The notes below the pieces were generated by a model, which saw only the letters and a program-made list of their open reading frames with translations, was not told where the DNA came from and searched no databases. A stretch of DNA of 64,000 nucleotides from Geosiphon pyriformis uo1 (taxonomy: Eukaryota > Fungi > Glomeromycota): the NCBI GenBank assembly GCA_016748015.1, contig JAAOMT010000577.1:350489-414488 (forward strand). Direction: 5' to 3'. Positions 27,975-39,401 of this stretch are shown here, one piece after another; positions within the stretch are counted from its first letter, which is position 1; each line of letters opens with the position of its first letter. Both the position numbers and the translations under genes were made by a program.

Positions 27975-30453
27975 TGTTACTCATAGAATATAAGAAGTAT
28001 ATTAGCATATAAATTAGCCAATCAGAAGTAGGCACAGTAGATGTGAAATTCCAGAATTCCTCTTAGAAAAATTGCAGGATTCCAAGAATTTTAGAATTCT
28101 TATACAAGGAATCACAGGATTCCAGAATTCCAGGATTTCTTTCAAAAAGAATTGCAAGATTTCAGGAATTCCAAAATTCCTGGTGTAAAGAATTGAGGAA
28201 TTGAAAAATCTTAATTATGTATATATAGTGATAGAATTAGAAACAGAAAAAACAGACTTTTCAGTTTAGATTTGATCTAAGCAATCTTTCACATCACAAA
28301 TATCAATAAATAATTATTTTCTATTTCAATCCACTTTCCACTATCAACACTTTATGTTGATAATAATTCATACTTAACCACACTGGAACAATAGCTCTTG
28401 ATTATGACTATTGACAGAATACTAACTTGAAAAATTGCCTTGGCTTATTTCTTTATTTTTTTTGTTTTCTTTTATTTTATTGTTATTTTTTTTGTGATTT
28501 ATTAAATTGATTAAGAATTAAGCACTGAATTACTGATGTCAAAGATTGTCTGGTAAAAGACCTTTGCAAATGGGTAGAGCATGTAAAAGAATTACAGATT
28601 ACTTATCAGAGAATTGCTGGCCACCAAGCTGAGAAAAAAATTGATGGAATTGCAATTCTGGAAGGCTACTAAAAACAACTATTGCATTTCTGTCAATTAT
28701 ACAAAGAACTCAAAAAAAAAAATCCTTAGATACAAACCACCTTCAGTAATTAACATTATTATATCAATTAAGCACCAAGTTATGAGTTTGTTATTTGCTT
28801 TGAGACCCCAAATAATTACTTGTAATATTTGGTGCTTTCTATAAGGTATAATTCTATAGAGAACCAGTACCAACAACAATTATCCAAAAGTGGCAGAATC
28901 AGAAATCATAGAAACCAACTATTTAGAATTCACCAAATCTTTGTTTCAATAGTACAGTCAACAATTAGGATTAAACAATAACCATTTCCTAGCAGAATCA
29001 GCCTTTAACTTTTATGTCAATAATAAAATTACAGACTGCTTAGAAGGAATAGTTAACATTGAATCCGCAAGGAAAAACTTCTATACAGAATTATTTCAAC
29101 ATACCAGCTTACCAAAAAACTACAGTTTCACACCAATTATTAGAGAAATCAATCAAACCATTGAAAGGTACACACAACAACAATTTCCCATCACCTATGC
29201 AGACAAAAGCAAAGAAAGATTGCAAACACCAGTAGTAACACCAAAAAAGATACAACCACCTACTTGGAAAAAAACCAGAGTTGAATCACCAACCAATCTA
29301 TCATATCATTGTATGCCAGGAAGTGCCATTAATATCTCCTCAGTAGATGTGTCCACATTAAACATAACACCAATCTTTGGATGATTTTTATTCCAAAGTA
29401 AACAAAGAAGAACAGATTTGTTAGGACCATATGGCAAATATTTTGAAAGATTTAAATTGCAATCACCAATGCCATCAGGATATCAATCACTACTATCTCA
29501 ATCCGATTTCAGAATTTCTGACCTGTGAGAAGTAACAGAATCAAAAAAAAAAAAAAAAGAGAATCAAGAATTTACTTACCAAAACCTGATCCCAGAAAAC
29601 TCAGAAGTTGAAACCCCAAATGTTCAAACTCCACAAAATCCAAATTTAGAACATCCAGAAATCAGAACTTCAAATATTCAACTACTGCCAAATCAAAACA
29701 ATCAAAACCCTGATTTAATTAATCAACAACACATACCTCCAAAAATTGTAATTAATCAACCAGTTGAACTGATTGGCCAGCCATTACAACAACTGAATCA
29801 GCAAATCCAGCTGCTGCCAGTACTACTTCAACAATCCCAGCAGCCACTTTAACAACTACAACAATCTCAAGCACCACTACAACAACCATTAAACTTAAAT
29901 CTAATAATCTATGCTCCAATTGCCAAACTCGAGAAATTCACCAGCAAAAAGAATGATGCCCAAGCATGGATCAATGATGTTGCAAAAGTCATCACTGCTA
30001 ATAATTGGGATGATGTCAGAGTACTTCAAATGATTCCATACATCTTGCCAATTCCTGGTATTAAAGCTTAATCAATAAACTAGTCAACTTTGACACATTC
30101 AAAACAGAGTTTTTGAAATACTTTAGCAACAATAATAGTATCAATTGCCTGGCCAACACTTTTACCATCATGAAACAAGAGAAAACTGAAACAGTCACTA
30201 CATACTTAGAATGCTTCTATAGAAATCTGTGCCAAATTTAGACAATTCAAGCTGACTATTTTATAGTGCCACAGATTCCAAATTGAAACAATTTAGTGAT
30301 TCAATCAATCAAAAATTAGAAGGATACTTAGCTAACAATCATGCAATTTATTAGCCACCACAATAACACAATAATATAAGAAATACAAATCATTTCCAAA
30401 ATCAGTTATGTCTATTATTATCATCAAGTCAGCCGTGGCAGCCTGAAACACAT
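27975..30453 (+). mobile_element. Family A element E: 5' LTR (27975-28827), PBS (28830-28837) and gag; truncated by element B
   Basis: LTR starts TGTTACTCATAG and ends TAATA, followed by TT-TGGTGCTT. Gag YAPIAKLEKF...FSNNNSINCLANTF. Ends at PETH, just before the knuckle. Confidence 0.9.
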
Positions 30454-31460
30454 TGTTACCAGATGAAATTAGAGATATTATTTAGCATGAAATTATCTTT
30501 ATAATTTCTATCATTAATTAGCATATATTATCATTTCAAATTATTACTTATTACATTAGCAAAATGTCCGAAATTATCATTTAATTAATAACCCAATTTG
30601 TACATAACACAAATGTAACCTAATTGCAATAATCAATCATATAATACCCCAAAATATGTAACATTCAAAAGTTCGCCAAAATTTGTAGAAATTTGCTGAA
30701 ATAATTGATAGTTCACCAAAATATCTAATAGTTCACCAAAATATCTAATAGTTCGCAGAAATAACTTGTAGTTTGCCAAAATGTATCTTTAGTTTAGTGA
30801 AATTGTAGAAAAGAGCAAAGTTCAAGTTTATGGAATAGTGTTACAACAAGTTGTATAAAAAAAAAGCTTTTCTCTTCAAGAAAATATATCTTACTTTAGA
30901 TTTATTATTTAGAACTATTCTTACACACACAAAAAGAAATAAAATATCAAATAATTCGAAAAACCAATTTTTTTAAAATATTGCACTTGGAAAATCTCCA
31001 AAAAACCCAACTAACATTTTAAAATTAATTAGCTACCAATTTCAGTAAACTGTTAGTGACTCTAGACCTGGATAGAAAATCTTTCCCTTGACAAAATTCT
31101 ATTTCTTTTATATTTCTTTTATTTTTTTTCTTTTATTTTCTTATTATAATCATTAGGGTAGCCTACAGACAAGATTCTTGTAGAAGAATTGACTTTCACA
31201 GCAAAGTAACTACACATTTTTAATGAGCTTCCAGACAAGCAATTCCTGGGAAAGAGTTGACATTTACTACAATGTAACTACATGAAGCAACTGGCATGGA
31301 ATTGGCCATTCCACTTATAAGCCCAGCAGTTCAAATTATAGGAGATAATTTAAAGATAAAATTCAGTTATTGGAGGTTCAAACACTTCCCATAGTCGTAA
31401 ATTAACAGCACTACAACAAACATACGAAAGCTAAGAAGAGACCAAAAACCTTCAGTAACA
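30454..31460 (+). repeat. 5' LTR of B
   Basis: TGTTAC...GTAACA, 1007 bp. ~20-bp tandem units at ~30670-30810, one more unit than in the 3' LTR. TATAAAA at ~30854. Confidence 0.95.
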
Positions 31461-31462
31461 TT

Positions 31463-31470
31463 TGGTGCTC
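31463..31470 (+). promoter_or_regulatory. Primer-binding site TGGTGCTC, complementary to a tRNA 3' end GAGCACCA (tRNA-Ile(UAU)-like)
   Basis: Lies 2 nt after the LTR end. Same motif at the same offset in D, E, F (49159-49166) and G (59151-59158). The tRNA identity comes from recalled eukaryotic Ile(UAU) 3' ends. Confidence 0.75.
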
Positions 31471-31505
31471 TTCTATAGAAACAACACAGCAAAAACAACT
31501 TCAAA

Positions 31506-34500
31506 GTGGTGACCACACCAGATGCAACAACTCTAGAGTATTACCAGTCAATTTACACCCACTGCAAGCAAAGATTTAACATTCCAGACGGAATTGAAGT
31601 TGTCAAGAAATCAGTATACCAATACATTGAAAACCACATCAACAATTATCTTTTTGGAAATTACAATATTTCAGAAGTTAGAAGCAACCTTTACAATAAT
31701 TTAGTACACTATTCACAGTTGGGAACTGAAGACCTTAACAGTGAAACACTTGTCACTTACTTTCAAGAACTTAATTTTAACATTATCAAGTACTGTGAAG
31801 AAACATATCTAGTATAGTCTCAATACTCTATTGATTTTGAATCAGAGACTGAAACAAGCAACAAAGGCAAACAAAAATTGAAGCAATACTCAAAAACCAC
31901 TCCAAATACTCCAATACTACTAAAAACAACTGCCAAACACTTACAAACACCTGAACAAGGAACCAGTTCAAAACTTCCACTTACTATCACACCTTTTCCA
32001 GCTTTACTTACATAAGCACAAACACCTAATTCACCCTTAAATTGATTTGCAAGACTAGAAGATTTTACATCACCCAGAAGTACCAGACAACAAAAACCCT
32101 TTCAAACTAGTTCCAATCTCCTTGACTTTCTAGCTGAAAATCAAAGTGAACACTCTGAGACAGTAGCGAATGAAGAAAACAACTCTAAAATATCTGAAGA
32201 AGAATTAATAGACAGTGAAAATGAAGAAAATGAAATAACAGCATATATCACAAAAATCCCTGAATTTAATGGAGAAGACATTGAGACCAGTTCCCAAGAA
32301 TGGCTCGACCAAGTTACTAAAGCTGGAGATGTAAATGGATGAAATGCTGCCAGAATGTTAAGAACAATTTTCTACTTTCTTAAAGAAACAGCAGGCAAAT
32401 GATTTGAAAACTCGACCACCTCTTTTAATGACTGGACAGCTTTCAAAACTGCCTTCTTAGAACAACTTACCAATAACAACACCTCAATCACATTTCAAAA
32501 TTGTTTTCACAATATCAAACAAGAGCCCTCCGAATCTGTCATGACTTATATTGGGAAATTCAACAAATTTCTCAGACAAATTTGCCAACTTGAAACTAAT
32601 GATTATTATTCCGATGCTCAAATTTTGGATCAATTTATTGCTGGTTTAAAGAATAAACTGATTAAAAAGATTCGCCCACATGTCCCAGAAGATTTAAATT
32701 CTGCCATTCAGCATGCAAAAAGATATAAAATGACCATGTAAAAAACCAATCATACAAAACTCGTAAACTTAGCCATTGGAGAGACCAGCTCAGCAGCTGA
32801 AAGGAAAATTGACCAACTCACAAAGAAAGTTGAAAACTATTTCACCAACCAACAACAACAGCAACCCCAAAGATATTAACCATCCCAAAGATAGAATCAA
32901 AACAACTTCATATCATCCTCTAATAACCAGCCTTAGAATTGTCATTACTGTAAAATTCCTGGCCACTGGAAAAGAGATTGCAGAAAGCTACAACAAGACC
33001 AACAAAACAGGAGTAATCAACATTACCTTTTACCACAACAATTTTATTACCAACCACCACTACCACCAGCTTACTATTTACCAAGACTGCAATATCAAAC
33101 CGACTACTATCAATCTGTTCCATAGCCAATGCAACAACAGTATCGACAATCTATTCAACATTACCAAGTATCTGCTTGAAGATTGGTTCAACAAAACCAA
33201 TTTGCACCACAAAACCAATTCGCAACAAACAACAATAGAATCAACCCAAATAACCAATTAGTTCTCTGAAATCCAGCTCAGCCAAGACCCACCCATTATC
33301 ATACTCAATCTAGCTATCTTACAATACTTGAAGAACAGAATTTTTACCATACTGCACTCTTGGAAGGTAGAGCTGCAGCATGACAACAAAACTCTTCCTA
33401 TACTCCTACCACAATTTCACTAGCCAGAATTGCTGAAAACGCCAACCTTTCAGATATATTCTCTTTTGAGTTTGAAGCAAATGAGTTACTATTTCTGCTT
33501 AGCAATACAGCCGCCAACGAACAAAAAGCAATCACTGCTATGTACACTGAAGCAGAAGTTAAAGAAAAGGCAATTCGCTTGATTCTAGACAGTGGATCTG
33601 CCAGAAGCATCATCACTTATTAGTTAATGCAACAGTTAAAGAGAAATGTCAACTGACCAGCTCAAACAGTAATTGTCACTGCTAATGGCATGAAAAAAAT
33701 TCCAGTAGGAGAAATTGACAATTTTCCATTCACTCTTAATGAAATCACCATTTCAGTTAAAGTTCTTGTAATGAACATGCCCCAGTATCAAGCCCTTGTC
33801 AGAAATGATTGGCTCCAAAAAGCCAATGCAAAATTAGACTGGAAAACCCAAGAATTACAACTTTCTTATCAAGGACAATATGTCCGAGTACCCACTACTT
33901 GTGGTACATTCAACAAATAATCAGAGAAAGTACCTGTCTTTAAATTTGAAGAAAAGGAAGAAAAGCCTGTAGTTGAAACATTTATGGCAATTGAATCAAC
34001 ATCTAACTGGGCTGAAGAAACTGAGCAAATGTATTTTGCAACAAACTTATATTCAGAGGAACCAGAAACTTCTGAATGGAACATCCCATATTCTAAACCA
34101 GAACCAAAGAAATGACACCCTTACATTCTGCTCAAATGCAAGGACTGCTACAAAAAACTTTTCTCAATGGGAGCCTGCATTTCATCTGAAGAAGAATATG
34201 AAAATCATACTTGTTATTACTGCAAGGCTTGCCACAGAGAACGATAGAGCCATCTAATAAAAAAAAGCGGAAAATAGGACAACACCCCTTGTTTGACTTG
34301 TGGAAATATGCTACCAGAAGAATGCATTTGGATTGATATAGCAATGAGAGGAGGAGTTTGCGATCAAACCTGCCAATATGTTTTATTAATTTCAAAAAAA
34401 GTCAAAAAAGGAACACTTTTTGATACAACATACAACAATGCTCTCAACAAACTTTATCACTACCCTCATGATGCTAAGATGATTTTCAACCTAGTAATGG

Positions 34501-37128
34501 CATTAGTTAATGGAGCTACCAAAGAAGATGTTTGTTAAATAAAAGAAGCAGAATACATTGAATACACCATGGAATTAGCTGGATTTAATTATGAAGATAA
34601 AGTAAAAATGTACTATCAAATCGCAAGTTACACCTACTTGACTAAAGAAGCTCAAGCTCAATGGCTAGAACAAATGAACATTAAATTATGTAAGGAATAC
34701 ATAATGCTTTGTGATGAACAATAGTGTTCTGAATGCTACGCTCTTAGCATTCCCTTGCCCAGCAAAAGTAATGAATACAAAATTGAATTTGGAAAACCTG
34801 AAGCAACAGAAAAAATTGAAACAACACCCATTTATCTCATCAAAAATCAGCCTGTCTTACAACTTAAATACTTCAACAACAACGGACAAAGAATAAAACC
34901 CAAAAAAGCACATGAAATTAATGCTGGATATAACCTAAGATATCCAGACAAGAATACTCTCATTCTCAAATCCAAATCTCTCACAAAAATCAACCTCAAA
35001 ATTGCTCTCAAAATCCCGCCAGGAGCAATGGTTCAAATTGCCTTCCAGTTTTTTCTGGCAAGCAAAGGAATCAATGTCAGAGGAGAAATAATCAATGCTA
35101 AATATACTGGTAACATAACAGTAATACTCCAAAATGAAACTGACAAGCCGTTTAAGATTAAACATGCTGAGAAAATTGCCCAAGCCATTTATTTACCCTT
35201 AATCAATATTTTGGGTTTACAATTAGTCAATCAAAAAGAACTATTGAGAAAAAATGAAAGAGGAACCCAAGGTTTTGGTTTAACTAGATGATTTACAGTT
35301 CCAATAAACATAGCCCTCAATGAACAGAAAGAATCTCACCAGATTTTATGACTTCTACAACCAATTACCATTTCACCCTTTGAAGAACACTCTGAAATTT
35401 ACACTTGTAAAAAGCCAACAACTACACAACAAATTTTTGAGTCCAATGAACAAATCTGCTTGGAACATAATATCTTGATCCCAAACATTTATATTCCAGA
35501 AGGAACAAAGAAAATCTGAGTTACTTTTTACAATCCCAACAATTTCCCCATAGTTTTATTAAATAACTTAGAAATTGGAGTTATTTACAGTAATATCTTT
35601 CAACAAGAATTATCCCAAACAGTCCCCAATTTCTCTGAAATTATTGAATATTTACTACCAAAAATCAACCCAAACCCAGCTCTGAAAACTACCATGTTGT
35701 CATGGAAAAACTATCTCGAATTAACATAGAACAACTTGAACCACAACAACAGAGCCAGCTCAAAGAGCTAATTGCAAAATTTGCCGATATCTTTGCTGAA
35801 AACAACAATGACTTAGGAAAAACCAATTTGGTCCAACACCAAATCTATACAGAAGATGCCAAACCAAGGTAACAGCAAGCCTACTGAGTTGCTCCAGAAA
35901 GCCACCAATTTATCTGCGAAGAAGTACAATGGATGTTCAACAATGGGCTTATCCAACCATCAATGAGTCCATGGGCCTCACTTGTGATTTTAGTTAAAAA
36001 AAAAATGGAAAGATATGATTTTGTGTTGATTATCGACAACTTAACAGTATTACCATTGGAGATGCCTACCTTTTTCCTCAAATTGATAACATGCTAGATG
36101 CTCTTGGGAAGTTCAAATACTTTTCAACATTAGATTTAGAAAGTCAATACTGGCAAGTTGCCATGGATCCCAAAGATCATCCCAAAACAGCATTCACCAC
36201 TCAAGGAGGAAATTACAAGTTCAATGTAATGTCTTTTAGATTATGCAATGCACCAGCAACATTCCAAAGACTCATGGATGTTGTTTACAAAGGTCTTCTT
36301 TGGAAATCAATAGTTGTCTATCTTAATGATACTGATGTTTATTCATCATCTTTTGAATTACACTTAAAACACCTGCACAAAGTTTTTCAACGATTATGGA
36401 AAGCAGGATTGAAACTGAACATCGAAAAATGCTACTTTGGAAAAACAAGTTTGGCCTTTCTTGGTCACATTGTTAGCCAAGATAGAATTAAACCAGACTC
36501 TGGAAAAATCAGCACTGTCAAAAACTTCAAGACTTCACAAAATATCACAGAATTAAAAAAATTTATTGGATTAGCATCCTATTACTGAAAATTTATTAAA
36601 GGATTCTCAGAAATCACAAAACCCCTTAACCAGCTTACTACTAAAAACGTTGAATACAAATGGACGGAAAAACACCAAAAAGCTTTTGAAATTCTTAAAG
36701 AAAAGCTGACAACAGCTTCAATTCTCGCCTACTCAGACTTCAGTAACCAATTTTGACTAGCTACAGATGCTTCTTATACTGCCTTTGATGCCATCTTATC
36801 ACAATTAGATAACAACAGAAACAAGCGAGTAATCACTTATGCTAGTAGAACATTAAAACCAGCTGAGAAAAACTACTCTGCCACAGAACTAGAAACAGCA
36901 GCCGTAATTTGGGCCTTACACCACTTCAACCTTTATTTCAGGCCTAAAAAATTCGACATTATCACTGATAATATTGGACTCAAATGGCTTCAAAATAAAA
37001 TCACTTAGCTGAATGCCAAACAAACCCAATAGACAGAATTTTTAGCCAACTACTAATATATTATACACCACAAATCAGGAAAACTTCATACCAATGTTGA
37101 TTGTCTTTCAAGAATGAGGCAAAATTAG
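31506..37128 (+). pseudogene. gag-pol: B ORF1: leader domain, capsid (~32235-32740), knuckle (32940-32981), protease (~33530-33900), Cys-rich domain, dUTPase, RT (~35750-36600), RNase H (~36720-37128)
   Basis: AYITKIPEFNGED, CHYCKIPGHWKRDC, LILDSGSA, LCNAPATFQRLMD, VYLND, ATDASY, NYSATELETAAVIWA. Ends ...LSRMRQN* (TAG 37126-37128). Confidence 0.92.
34896..35291 (+). pseudogene. dut: dUTPase domain of B
   Basis: NAGYNLRYP, GEIINAKYTGNI, EKIAQAIY and ERGTQGFGLT: trimeric dUTPase motifs I and III-V, with motif II decayed. Confidence 0.92.
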
Positions 37129-37174
37129 AATACAAAACCAACACCCATTTGAATTAACAACAAAACAACAAACA

Positions 37175-38560
37175 ATGAACCATGAAAACTACAACAATCT
37201 TAAACAATATTTGGAGACATTAACAATTCCAACAGATTGGTTCTCAGATAAAAAACATCAGTTACAATAACAAGCCAAACAATACTTCTTATACAACAAC
37301 ATGATTTATTATCGAAACTTCAGAAACCCAGACAATCTACTCAGATTAATACAAGAACATGAAAAAAAAACTATTTTATATAACATGCACTCAAACCCTT
37401 CATTAACACACCTAGGAAAAGACAGCACCACCCAGAGAACACTAGAATATTACTTTTGGCCTCAAATGAGAAAAAACATTCATGAATTTGTTAAGTCTTA
37501 TAATAGTTGTCAAAAAAGAAAAGGAACTCACCCTACAGAATCTTTAAATCCAATCAAAGTTGAACAGCCTTTTGACTGAGTTGGTATCAATTTAGTCGGA
37601 CCACTACTTATCACAAACCAAGGAAACCATTATATTGCAGTAGCTGTAGACTATCTCACCAAATGGCCTGAAGCCAGAGCCATTCAATAAGCAGATGCAA
37701 AATCAGTAGCAAACTTCATCTACAAAAACATTATTTGTAGACATGGATGTCCAATAAAACTTTTATCTGATCAAGGAACACATTTCGTGAACAATTTAAT
37801 CCAGGAAATTTGTGGACAATTTAATGTCAAGAGACTATTATCTTTGCTTTACCATCCACAAACAAATGGACTTGTAGAACATTTCAACAGAACATTGTGT
37901 GAATTATTAGCCAAAGTCTCAACCAATTTTGAGCAAGAATAGGATCTCTTTATTCCATCAGTGTTACTAGCATATAGAACACTAAAACAAGATATCACAA
38001 AACACATACCATTTGATTTAACCTATAGAAGGACAGCAATGTTACCAATTAGTTTCACAATGGAAACATATCCAGTACAACCAATTAATAAAGACAACTT
38101 TCAGGAAACACTACAATGAAGAGCCTATACACTGCTTAGCACATTGGAAGGAAAACGACGAATAGCAGCCACCCATATTAAATACTCCCAAGCTCAACAA
38201 AAAAAATGGCATGACAACAAATTGCCACCAATCACTAATGAATTTAAAATTGGAAACAAAGTTCTCTTACACAGAACTAAAGCTAAAAAACAATGGAGTA
38301 AAAAATTTAAAAATAAATAAGATAGACCATTTTTTATTCATAAAGTTCTAGACAACGGATTATACAAGATAAGACTTGATGACAAAATCTTAGCAAAAGT
38401 TGCACATGGAGATCATTTGAAACACTATAATTCCAGAAACAATCTTGAATCATTAATTTCACAAATTAGTATACATTCTTCTTTAATTAATCCCGAAAAT
38501 ATTCTCCAAAATTTAGAACCAATAATTGTTATTGAACAACCTCCCAACTTGAACACTTAA
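37175..38560 (+). pseudogene. int: B ORF2: stand-alone DDE integrase (HHCC, catalytic core, GPY/F-type C-terminus, no chromodomain)
   Basis: ATG 37175 to TAA 38560 is 462 codons in one net frame. H..HLG..YFWP..SCQ; DYLTKWPEA; SDQGTHF; YHPQTNGLVEHFNRTL. Internal point stops. Confidence 0.9.
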
Positions 38561-38682
38561 CTTAAATTTATTATTATAGTTATCTCCTTATAATTTAGAA
38601 ACAATCTCACAAAAACAAAGCAAAAATAACATAAAAATTCATACACCAAAAATAATTTTCTTTTATTTTTAAATCTCTTATA

Positions 38683-39401
38683 ATGACTATTCCTCAAAAC
38701 ATTCAACAATTATCTCAAAAACTAATGTTAGCTTTAAAAACAATACCCAAATTATCCATTACTGTTACTAGAAACCACATTAATTATATCTAAACAGAAG
38801 TAGTTACAAATTTAGCCCCAAATTCACAAAAATATTACCCATATAAGAAGAACACAAGAAGTTATTCTGAAATTCACCTGCCAGAACTTTTAAAGCTTGC
38901 TTTAAGGGAAAACTTAATGCTCACTTCTATTAGTATTCCACCAAATGCTACTATTCAACAAAAACTTCAACTGTGTCTTAATGAAGAAAACTACGATTAT
39001 ACTCCAATATATAGATATTTCTACATTGGAAAAACACTTCACGAATGAAAATGGAAGCTTACAGCAGCAAATCTCACAAAAAAGCTATTCGGAAACAACT
39101 TCACAATGAATTCAAGACAACAGCTGGACCTACAAACAGTTGTTATAAACTAAGAGCTGCTCTTAGACTTTATAACCTATTCCACACCTGTGAAAACGTT
39201 TTACAAAACCCAATTTTACAGCCTTTGAAGATTCAATACATTGGAAAGCTTACAGAACTGAAATTTCAACAATTTTCAGACAAAATTTCTTCAATAATTT
39301 TGGATTATTTTCTGGAAATTACAGACAGTACTTGGACTTCAACAGAGCTCAGTCTTGAAGAGGAGGTTATATTACCAGACGAAATTAGAGATATTATTTA
39401 G
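38683..39401 (+). pseudogene. B ORF3: accessory protein of unknown function (~240 aa), ending inside the 3' LTR
   Basis: ATG 38683, MTIPQNIQQLSQKLM...YRYFYIGKTLHE, a frameshift near 39050-39080, then KAIRKQLHNEF...LRAALRLYNLF...EEEVILPDEIRDII*. A homologue sits at the same position in G. Confidence 0.7.
39357..39366 (+). promoter_or_regulatory. Polypurine tract of B
   Basis: GAAGAGGAGG ending 3 nt before the 3' LTR start at 39370. Confidence 0.8.

Noticed and set aside
21138-28827. LTRs at 21138 and 27975 as the two LTRs of one element
   Set aside because: The second LTR interrupts RNase H, has no PPT before it, and is followed by its own PBS and gag. It is the 5' LTR of a nested element.
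34755-35291. dUTPase as a host or endosymbiont housekeeping gene
   Set aside because: It is embedded at the same position in the polyprotein of five element copies.
38220-38560. Chromodomain at the integrase C-terminus
   Set aside because: Only a GPY/F-type module and a short Pro/Ile-rich tail are visible, with no chromodomain aromatic-cage pattern.
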